Below, piece by piece: positions 12,283 to 19,907 of a DNA stretch of 64,000 nt (position 1 is the stretch's first letter; each line of letters starts with the position of its first letter). Origin of the DNA: an uncultured Atribacterota bacterium (GTDB taxonomy: Bacteria; Atribacterota; Phoenicimicrobiia; Phoenicimicrobiales; Stramentimicrobiaceae). A program made the position numbers and the translations under genes. The stretch is taken from the NCBI GenBank assembly GCA_964433555.1, contig CAYSRG010000006.1:11520-75519 (forward strand). Direction: 5' to 3'. Below the pieces are notes generated by a model. It made no database searches, was not told the origin of the DNA, and was given only the letters and a program-made list of their open reading frames with translations.

Positions 12283-13578
12283 TTATTGCATAGCACGTAG
12301 TTCATCCGCAATTTGTTTTAATACTTCTTCAGGGGTTGCAGTCTGTTGGGCAATTGTCCTATAGGAAGCCTCTGATTTAAGTAAATTAATTGCAGCTGGA
12401 TAAATTTCAGTAATTACAGTTGGATTAATTTCATCCCTAACCTCTAAAAGCACATCGAAAAGATCAATCCCATTTACAAAGTAATCTGTAAATACATTTG
12501 GCTCGGACATTTCTGGAGCATCCCAAACATCCCATCTCAATGGATCAAATCCAAGTACTGTATAGGTCTTGATAGTACCTTCTTCAGATAATTTTGCAGC
12601 CGCTAAAAATTCTTTCGCTAATTCCTGGTGTTTGCATTGATTGGTAATAGAAGTACCGGTTCCGCCCATACCTGCAGACCTTGTTCCTCCTTCTGTCCAG
12701 GCAGGTGCAGGTGCAACAAGTATTTTCCCTTTCAAATCAGGCATGTAATCAGTAAACCTATTTAAATACCAAAATGGCATTTGAACTGATGCTGCTCCAC
12801 TATTATTCATAAAAGCCCAGAATTCTTCAGAGTGTGTATATCCACCCGGACAGGAAACTGCAATTTTATCTACATTTACCCAATCTGACAGGGTTTGTAA
12901 GATATCAATATTTGTTGGATTATCAAGAATAACCTCTCCGTCTGAACTAAATATATCAGAACCAGCTTTGATTATTTCCTGATAAAGGGTCCAGTGTTCG
13001 GTAACCTCTACTACAGTAAAAGGTATACCTGTTTCTTCTACCACTTTTTTCCCAGCTTCTTCATAATCTGCAATTGTTTTAATATCTTCAACATTGACCC
13101 CTGCCTTATCAAGTATTTCAGTATTGTAATACATAACTGTTGCGCCAACATGATAATCAATGCCATAATATATCCCATCTTTGGCATAACTTTCAAATCT
13201 TCCCATAATCAATTTGTCTTCCAGGGGTTCGATGATATCATTTAAAGGTACTAGAGCAGGTTTGGTTCCTTTTAGATAATTAGCATACATGCTTATTTCA
13301 ATATCTGCAAGATCAGGAGCTCCTATTCCTGATTGTAAGGCGATCAGGAGATTGTTATGCATATCTTCATATGGATACACAGTACCCTCCAGCTTGAGCT
13401 GTCTATCCAGATTTTCTTTGTTCCAGGTTTCAACAGCATCTTCTAAAAACCTTTTATGACTCTCCTGGAATGTCCAGAATGTTAATTTTGTAACTTCTCC
13501 ACTCTGGCAAAAAACACCACTACTTGTCAAGCAAACCAAGAAAACTATAAATGTTGCTAATATCAGAAAACGTTTCAT
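12283..13578 (-). CDS. Extracellular solute-binding protein (CUT1 family), secreted
   Basis: 431 aa with signal peptide MKRFLILATFIVFLVCLTSSGVFCQ. Family 1 SBP-like. GGAGAGAAAAAAATG start context. Confidence 0.8.
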   Translation of the reverse strand: MKRFLILATFIVFLVCLTSSGVFCQSGEVTKLTFWTFQESHKRFLEDAVETWNKENLDRQLKLEGTVYPYEDMHNNLLIALQSGIGAPDLADIEISMYANYLKGTKPALVPLNDIIEPLEDKLIMGRFESYAKDGIYYGIDYHVGATVMYYNTEILDKAGVNVEDIKTIADYEEAGKKVVEETGIPFTVVEVTEHWTLYQEIIKAGSDIFSSDGEVILDNPTNIDILQTLSDWVNVDKIAVSCPGGYTHSEEFWAFMNNSGAASVQMPFWYLNRFTDYMPDLKGKILVAPAPAWTEGGTRSAGMGGTGTSITNQCKHQELAKEFLAAAKLSEEGTIKTYTVLGFDPLRWDVWDAPEMSEPNVFTDYFVNGIDLFDVLLEVRDEINPTVITEIYPAAINLLKSEASYRTIAQQTATPEEVLKQIADELRAMQ

Positions 13579-13639
13579 TTTTTTCTCTCCTTCTATTTAT
13601 ATTTATTTTTCTTTTAAAAGCAATTCATCTACATTTTTA

Positions 13640-14400
13640 CTATCACTTTCACCTCCTATCATTATGATTTCTGCTTCCATAAAACTCAGAAATCATTAGA
13701 GAAACATAAGATTCTATTTTCCTTTCTGGATACCTCATCATTTGAGAGATTATATACTAATACCATTAGACCTCCTGTGGGTTATAAAGCTCTGCTGAAA
13801 ACCTTGATCTACAAAAACATGAAAAATATCTCCTATTTTTCTGATTTGGTAAGGGAATTAAGGATTATCCTGATCTGACTATAATCTTCGGCTTTTTCAG
13901 CTGATACGGGTAATGATTTTTTTTAGAAGGTGAGAAATGCTCTGGTTGATCAGTTCATTAGGTTGGGTTAAATTAAGGGTGCTTATCACGCCTTTGATCA
14001 TATAAATATCCCGGTCAAGCAAGGTGAAAGAGAACAACCTCAAGATTTCTGTTAGATGCCTATTCAAGAAGAATGGAATAGAAAAACGCTTTATCTGAAT
14101 TACCCATCATAGAAGGAACCAGTCCGGTTAATGTAGAAGACAGTCGGGTGATAATCCCTCACTATTGGTTACCTTAAATACTGCCAGAACAGGAAACAAA
14201 GATAGGATTCGCTTTGTGAAATCTTTTCTTCCAAATATATATTTTTAAAGAGCGAATTTTCTGAAAGGCTGTTTATCTATTTGTTATTTATAAATTTGCA
14301 TTTTAATCCAGGATTTTTTTTGTAAGGGCTTTGTCATTATCAATATTTTCTTCTTGGCTTGACTACTTCCCAGAAATATCGTTTGGGTAGAAACTGTGAT
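13640..14400 (-). pseudogene. Decayed coding remnant(s) of unknown identity in the long leader of the CUT1 operon
   Basis: No ORF of 60 aa or more in any frame. The minus strand gives protein-like stretches in shifting frames (IITRLSSTLTGLVPSMMGNSDKAFFYSILLE; LDRDIYMIKGVISTLNLTQPNELINQSISHLLKKIITRIS; KIGDIFHVFVDQGFQQSFITHRRSNGISI). I could not assign a family. Confidence 0.3.
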
Positions 14401-14530
14401 AAAAATTTATTTGATTGCTTTTATTGGTAAGATGGTTTAAGAAATAAATATATTAAAATTTTTAAAGTAAAGATAGATAATTACTAAGGACTATCTTCTG
14501 TAGGTAATAAACATTTTATTTAAGTAAACA

Positions 14531-14549
14531 TATACGGACAACCGTACAA
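14531..14549 (-). promoter_or_regulatory. Candidate AraR operator: tandem TTGTACG / TTGTCCG half-sites at the predicted transcription start
   Basis: The minus strand reads TTGTACGGTTGTCCGTATA, starting 2 nt after the -10 box. TTGTMCG resembles the half-site of the GntR-type AraR operator as I recall it (palindrome around TGTACGTACA). Confidence 0.4.
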
Positions 14550-14551
14550 CT

Positions 14552-14580
14552 ATTATAATTTTCTTTTATAGTGTTGTCAA
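14552..14580 (-). promoter_or_regulatory. Consensus sigma-70-type promoter (TTGACA-17-TATAAT) facing the arabinan operon
   Basis: The minus strand reads TTGACA acactataaaagaaaat TATAAT. -35 is at 14580-14575 and -10 at 14557-14552. Confidence 0.6.
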
Positions 14581-14687
14581 TACTTTTTAAAATATTCCAA
14601 TAAAAAAATAATAATTTTCTATCTGAACATTAATTTTTTACATAATAATGGAAAGGAATTTTGTTAGTTTATTATTTCAACATATTT

Positions 14688-15731
14688 TTATTGGATTGAA
14701 AAATGGTAAGTGGTGATATGGTGGTATACATTCTCGGGATATAAAATTGGGGAGATAAAGCCAGGTTCATTTATTGCATTGGGGAAATATTCTGTTTCCA
14801 GGCATAAACCGCCATATTTATTAAATAATACTCCTTCGGCACCCCTGATATCTTCCAGCATATTCCCGGAATAAAATTGAATTCCTGGTTTGGTAGTTGA
14901 GATTTTCATAGTTCGTCCGCTTTCTGGTTCATGAAGTATTGCAGCCAGCTTTAGTTGATGGTTTAATGATTTTAATACAAAACAATGATCATAACCACCC
15001 TGAAGTTCCATAAAATCTCTACCAATTAATTTTGTCTTAGTAAAGTCCAGGGGTGTGCCATGGACACTCTTGATTTCTCCGGTTGGAATTAAATTGTTAT
15101 CAACCGGTAGGTATTCATCAGACTTAATGGTTAACTGATGATTCATAACTGTACCAGAACCTGCACCAGCCAAATTCCAATAAGTATGATTGGTTAGATT
15201 TATTATAGTGGGTTTATCAGTACGGGCAAAATATTCAATTTTTAATTCATTATCTTCATTTAAGCTATAGTGAACTTCCACTTCTAGGTTTCCAGGGTAC
15301 CTTTCTTCTCCATCTGGACTGAGATAGGATAATCTTACTCCTGCTAAATTAAATTCCTCAATGGCTTCTGCCTGCCAGATTACTTTATCAAATCCTTTAT
15401 TACCGCCATGAAGGTGATTTAATCCCTTCTCATTACAGGCAAGGTGGTATCTTGCTCCGTCCAGCTGGAAAATTCCACCAGCAATACGATTGGCAAAACG
15501 ACCAACAGTAGCACCAAAATAATAGTTATTAGTTAAATATTGTGACAAATTATCAAATCCCAGGGTGATTTCTTTAATATCACCCTTCCTATCCGGCATC
15601 TTAAGTGAAATGAGATTACTCCCCAGAGTAATTATATTAGCAGTAATTCCACTAGAGTTTTCAATAATAAACCTTCCTACTTTTTCTCCTTCTGGAGTTG
15701 TTCCAAATAAATCTGACTTTATATTTACCAT
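14688..15731 (-). CDS. galM: Aldose 1-epimerase (galactose mutarotase family)
   Basis: 347 aa with ..GATVGRFANRIAGG.., ..NHLHGG.., ..TNHTYWNL.. mutarotase motifs. Confidence 0.85.
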   Translation of the reverse strand: MVNIKSDLFGTTPEGEKVGRFIIENSSGITANIITLGSNLISLKMPDRKGDIKEITLGFDNLSQYLTNNYYFGATVGRFANRIAGGIFQLDGARYHLACNEKGLNHLHGGNKGFDKVIWQAEAIEEFNLAGVRLSYLSPDGEERYPGNLEVEVHYSLNEDNELKIEYFARTDKPTIINLTNHTYWNLAGAGSGTVMNHQLTIKSDEYLPVDNNLIPTGEIKSVHGTPLDFTKTKLIGRDFMELQGGYDHCFVLKSLNHQLKLAAILHEPESGRTMKISTTKPGIQFYSGNMLEDIRGAEGVLFNKYGGLCLETEYFPNAINEPGFISPILYPENVYHHITTYHFSIQ

Positions 15732-15855
15732 CTATTTATAGACCTTGGAATACCTTTTATTCTATATTATATAACATAATTGTTAAATTATTTATTTGGT
15801 TAAAATAATCTTTATTAAATCTCAAAAAAACTGATTTCAATTTTTAATGTCTGAA

Positions 15856-16542
15856 TTAAGAATTTGTTAACAATTCTTCCATTTCCAGTGGTTCTAAATA
15901 TTTCCCATCTTTAAAAGCCCTCATATTGCCTCCAGAAATTTCGTCAATCAAAATTAATTGCATACTATCCTTTGCTCTGCCAAATTCAAGTTTAATATCA
16001 TATAGTTCTATTCCCTTGCTGGCTAATTCCTCCTTTATTATGTTCCCAATTTTTCTGGTAAGTTCTTTTAATATTCTATATTCTTCTTTAGAAAGTATTC
16101 CCAGCATCTGCAGAGTATCTTCTGTAATTAAAGGGTCATTTCTAGCATCATCTTTCAAGGTAAACTCTATTAGTTCATCTAAAGGACTACCCTCTTTAAT
16201 ATATTCTCCATAACGACGGAAGAAACTGCCTACCGCTCTATACCGACAGATGACCTCCAGTCCTTTCCCAAATACTGCTGCTGATTTTACCACTATAGTA
16301 TTTTGCTTAAGATTAGCTTCTATATAGTGAGTGGGTATACCTTTCTTTTTTAGTATTTCGAAGAAGAAGCTGGTTAATCTTAAGGCAGCTTTTCCGGCAC
16401 CCGCTATAGTTAAGCCAATGGTATTGGCACCCGGATCAAATACTCCATTTTCACCGGTTACATCATCTTTAAACTTTAATAAATAATTGCCATCTTCTAA
16501 TATATATACATCTTTTGTTTTTCCTCGATAGATGAGCTTCAT
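15856..16542 (-). CDS. purC: Phosphoribosylaminoimidazole-succinocarboxamide synthase (SAICAR synthetase)
   Basis: MKLIYRGKTKDVY.. N-terminus and ..LYDIKLEFG.. are typical of PurC. 228 aa. Confidence 0.85.
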   Translation of the reverse strand: MKLIYRGKTKDVYILEDGNYLLKFKDDVTGENGVFDPGANTIGLTIAGAGKAALRLTSFFFEILKKKGIPTHYIEANLKQNTIVVKSAAVFGKGLEVICRYRAVGSFFRRYGEYIKEGSPLDELIEFTLKDDARNDPLITEDTLQMLGILSKEEYRILKELTRKIGNIIKEELASKGIELYDIKLEFGRAKDSMQLILIDEISGGNMRAFKDGKYLEPLEMEELLTNS

Positions 16543-16604
16543 ATGGTACTTCCTTCCTTATATTCCTTTTTAAATATATTTTATCGTAATATTTTCACCA
16601 AAGC

Positions 16605-16653
16605 AAACAGGGGATGGTTCTTTGTTTTTAAAACAAAGAACCATCCCCTGTTT
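16605..16653 (-). terminator. Rho-independent terminator of the RRM gene (unusually long perfect stem)
   Basis: AAACAGGGGATGGTTCTTTGTTT..AAACAAAGAACCATCCCCTGTTT, a perfect stem of about 23 bp, followed on the minus strand by TTTGCTTTGG. It lies 28 nt after the stop at 16681. Confidence 0.75.
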
Positions 16654-16680
16654 AACTTTTCAATCTATTCTAACTATAAG

Positions 16681-16980
16681 TTAAAAACGTCTTCTGTTAT
16701 CATGGAAATCGCGTCTACCACGGTTATCGCCAAAATCTCTTCTGGGTTTTTGTGGTCTAGCTTCATCAATCTTTAATGGCCGACCAGCAAATTCGGTATT
16801 ATTCAAAGCATCCATTGCTGATTGTGCTTCTTCCGATGAAGACATTTCTACAAATCCAAAGCCTTTGCCTTCAATGATGTTAACACTATTAACAGTACCC
16901 TGATTAGCAAAAAGTTCTTCCAGTTGCTCATTAGTTACAGAATAGCTTAGATTTCCTACGTAAAGTTTACTACCTTGCAT
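16681..16980 (-). CDS. RRM-type RNA-binding protein with an Arg/Asp-rich tail
   Basis: RNP-2 LYVGNL and RNP-1 KGFGFVEM. 99 aa. AAGGAGG lies 8 nt upstream of the ATG. Confidence 0.85.
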   Translation of the reverse strand: MQGSKLYVGNLSYSVTNEQLEELFANQGTVNSVNIIEGKGFGFVEMSSSEEAQSAMDALNNTEFAGRPLKIDEARPQKPRRDFGDNRGRRDFHDNRRRF

Positions 16981-17172
16981 GCCTTTACCTCCTTTTTTAT
17001 TTATTTTATTTTTTCAGTAACATTAAATTTTGAGGCACCGCATCACAAGATAGTAACCAAATCTCTCTATTTAATATATTACTGTGGAGCAATCCTTTTT
17101 TATAAGGCTGTTCCTTCAATGTTATAAACTATCCATCTATAACATTTGCACCTACTTATCAGGTGACATCTA

Positions 17173-17200
17173 ATTATACATCAATAATCAATAATGTCAA
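17173..17200 (-). promoter_or_regulatory. Consensus promoter (TTGACA-16-TATAAT) for the RRM gene, implying a 5-prime UTR of about 185 nt
   Basis: The minus strand reads TTGACA ttattgattattgatg TATAAT. -35 is at 17200-17195 and -10 at 17178-17173. Confidence 0.55.
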
Positions 17201-17215
17201 ATAAATTTTATACTT

Positions 17216-17834
17216 TTATTGCCAGCGGGCAATAACCTTATATTGGGTTCCAGTGATACTAGATTCTTCTTCATAAATATATATTACCTCTGAATCAGAA
17301 GCATCCAGATGAATGGGTACACCCATGAAATTAACCGGGTCCCATTCATGACGGGTGAGGCATTGTGGGCGATCTTTTTCACCACCACAGACATCAAAAG
17401 TGAGAGCTGCAGAATCATCAATAGAAACTCTAAAGGTATAGACATTATCCCATATGGCTCCATGGATCACGCCTGTGAAGGCAGGGCATTTCTTGTTTTC
17501 AATCCATGAATATTGATCATCAATTTTCACCCAGCAATCCTGGATTCCATTCGCATATCCTTTAAGAGAACGTACTTTCATTCCGAATTGTTTTTCTTCA
17601 AATACTTCCAGGCAGGCTTCACAGTAAATCGTACCGCCCCACTGCAGACCACTGTCCCCGAAACGCTCTGGATCAGTCTGGTAAGTACAGAGGTATATTC
17701 AAAGGCTCAGATTCATCTACTTGATCAGCAAGGGCACTTAAACTATTGATTAACATGGGAAAAATAATAAATAATAAAAATATAAAATAAGTAATCTTTC
17801 TCAATATCAAAAACAATCTTCTAATCATAGCCAT
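17216..17834 (-). pseudogene. Secreted Cys-containing protein of unknown function, split by a +1 frame change (or sequencing error)
   Basis: A 53-codon ORF 17834-17676 (MAMIRRLFLILRKITYFIFLLFIIFPMLINSLSALA/DQVDESEPLNIPLYLPD, preceded by AAGGAGGAAA) ends at TGA 17675-17673. The frame of the 121-aa track ORF (17216-17581) is open upstream to about 17700 without a start codon (..TDPERFGDSGLQWGGTIYCEACLEVFEEKQFGMKV..). Confidence 0.55.
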
Positions 17835-17957
17835 TTTCCTCCTTTGCTTAATAAGGAAAATGAACAGTAATAGAACATCTTTCTCTTTTCTGAAGTGGAT
17901 AAATGAAATAAAAGATTAAAAAATAATTCCCGTATTATTTTTACTATCTTTTATGAA

Positions 17958-17982
17958 AGAAATAAAGGGGGATAAACCCCCT
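17958..17982 (-). terminator. Rho-independent terminator after the extended LolA-like reading frame
   Basis: The minus strand reads AGGGGG tttat CCCCCT followed by TTATTTCTTTC. It starts 6 nt after the TAA at 17990-17988. Confidence 0.7.
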
Positions 17983-17987
17983 ATATT

Positions 17988-18874
17988 TTATTTCAATTTA
18001 GTCCCATCGAAAAGATCATCCGAAAGACCGACATTAATCTTGATATCCGTAGTTTCAATACTGAAAGAGCCCATTCCTGACATCATGGATTGCATCATCT
18101 GCATGGTCTGTTCCGCATCTTCTCTATCTTCTGCACTCATTCCGGAAGTATCAATCTCAGTATTTTTTTCATAACTAACTGAAAAGGATGAAGCATGGAA
18201 CCAACCTGCCGATAATCCTTGAAGTCACTTGTCGTGGTGGTATTCATGGCCATTTCTTCTGAACTGGCTTTTATAATCATCACCATACGTAAAGGCATCC
18301 AGGTCTTGCTGCTAATCCATAATTTGCCGGATGCTTCCTGTGACCCTTCCTGTTGCATTGTTGCCGCTTGTGCCTGCTGACTTCCCATGACCTGTAAAGC
18401 ATTATCAATCTGCAATACATAGGCTTTTTCACCGTCGATCATCTCTTCGCCAAAATATTTCGTCTTGGCTGCCTCAATATTCTTCCAAAACTGTGCCGGA
18501 TTCCCCTCTGCTAATTCACTTTCAACTTTTCCGGTCATCGGGTTAGTTGTCCAGTTATACTTCCCATCATAAACTGAAACCATGGACATTCCCATAACCT
18601 CTGTTTCAGTACGAGTCTTATAAATTTCCTCCCCACCTACCTTGGCTTTTTTATAATATATTTTTGTTTCCCCAGCCATGGCAGCTATCCCTCCAATAGG
18701 CTTCTGAACAACCGTATAATCGCTAATACCTGCCATCTGTTTCTCATATGCCTTTTGCATATTATTAATAACTTCTTGTACATTTACTGCTGCCAGACAA
18801 GAATTTTGTAAAAATAAGAATAAAAATAAAGTTATCATCAAGATATCTATCTTTCTCTTATTTATTTTAAACAT
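17988..18874 (-). pseudogene. LolA-like / lipoprotein-sorting-fold secreted protein, interrupted by a frameshift in an A7 run (or homopolymer sequencing error)
   Basis: The track ORF 18137-18874 ends ..VMKKILRLILPE*. Directly after the A7 run (plus-strand T7 at 18163-18169) another frame continues for 57 codons (TEIDTSGMSAEDREDAEQTMQMMQSMMSGMGSFSIETTDIKINVGLSDDLFDGTKLK*) to a stop followed by a terminator. One extra A would restore a single ORF of about 295 aa. Confidence 0.6.
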
Positions 18875-19200
18875 TTTATCCTCCTTAATATTTTTTTGGT
18901 ACCTATTTCTTATCCCAAGAGTACGACATTTTTTTGCTTCATAAATATGTATTTTCCCTTAAGCTTAAAAATGCCTCCCCATATGGAATATGACAATCAA
19001 AATTAGTTTAATCTCTCCCTCCCCAAAAAAGCATTACTGGCTGACATTGTAGAAAACATGAAGTATTTAAGTGTAGTTTTCTTTAATTATATTATTATCT
19101 CCTGTGATGAGCAATATGTTTTTCAATTTCCATAATTTTAAAAATCAAAAACTAAAGTTTTGGCACTAATATCCTTTTCAATTGGTCTTTTGATTAAAAC

Positions 19201-19785
19201 CTATGATTGTCCCAATAATAGCCCTAAATTAAAAGTTTGTTCAAGCAATTCTTTCCTTTTCCTGGCACCTTCCCCCAAGTCAGATTGGGTAACCACTAAT
19301 GTTTCTAACAGCTCAACATTGGCAAAATACTTACTCCAAATTTTCATAGAAACAAGAGCGTGTTCAGGATTTGTAGATATATTGGCTACCCAGATAAAGA
19401 TTCCTTTTTTACTTTTTTTTAATCTGGATTTAAATTGAAGTTTTCCATCTGGCAGGATAATCATCTCTGCCAGGCAATTAGAACGGTCTATGAGCAATTT
19501 CAACTGTGCACTTATAGAGCCAAAATATGCTGGAGCACCAATAATTAAGGCATCAGCACTTACCAGAACCTGGTATATTTTGTCCATTCCATCATGGTAA
19601 AAGCAATATTCAGGGGCAGGAAATTTGATACAAGCTTGACAGGGCATAATCTCTAAATCATTGAGGTATATTTTTTCTGTTTCTGCACCGACTGATAGAG
19701 CTCCTTCCAGTGTCTTTGTCACCAAAGTATCAGTATTCATTCCCTTTCGTGGGCTTCCCACAATCCCCACTACTTTTACAGTCAT
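19201..19785 (-). CDS. NADPH-dependent FMN reductase / iron-sulfur flavoprotein-like protein
   Basis: VVGIVGSPRKGMNT flavodoxin-like phosphate loop and Cys cluster CQACIKFPAPEYC. 194 aa. Confidence 0.65.
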   Translation of the reverse strand: MTVKVVGIVGSPRKGMNTDTLVTKTLEGALSVGAETEKIYLNDLEIMPCQACIKFPAPEYCFYHDGMDKIYQVLVSADALIIGAPAYFGSISAQLKLLIDRSNCLAEMIILPDGKLQFKSRLKKSKKGIFIWVANISTNPEHALVSMKIWSKYFANVELLETLVVTQSDLGEGARKRKELLEQTFNLGLLLGQS

Positions 19786-19907
19786 ATTTTACTCACCCCT
19801 TTTGATTTACTTTCGTTTCCCAGGCTATTTCCAATAATTTTTAGCTTACTCGCCATCTCACCTCACTTCTTTCTCTGCTATTATAATCACTTGTCTGCTA
19901 TCCCTAT

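Noticed and set aside
13579-14687. CRISPR array, tRNA or other structured RNA gene in the large ORF-free gaps (also 24961-25739 and 51605-52293)
   Set aside because: There are no regularly spaced direct repeats, no tRNA T-arm/anticodon-arm signatures (no GGTTCGAATCC-like boxes), and no rRNA-like segments. The regions look like AT-rich spacers or decayed coding DNA.
18163-18169. Programmed ribosomal frameshift at the A7 run of the LolA-like gene
   Set aside because: An A7 tract could support slippage, but there is no downstream stimulatory structure that I can see. The neighbouring gene is also frame-disrupted at a non-slippery site. A sequencing error or pseudogenisation is the simpler explanation, and I kept it only as a finding to verify.
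19783-19856. 24-codon upstream ORF (MASKLKIIGNSLGNESKSKGVSKI) whose TGA overlaps the ATG of the flavoprotein gene
   Set aside because: Its ATG is only about 3 nt from the nearest SD-like GAGGTGAG, and the sequence is low-complexity. Such short frames are expected by chance in a 120-nt spacer.
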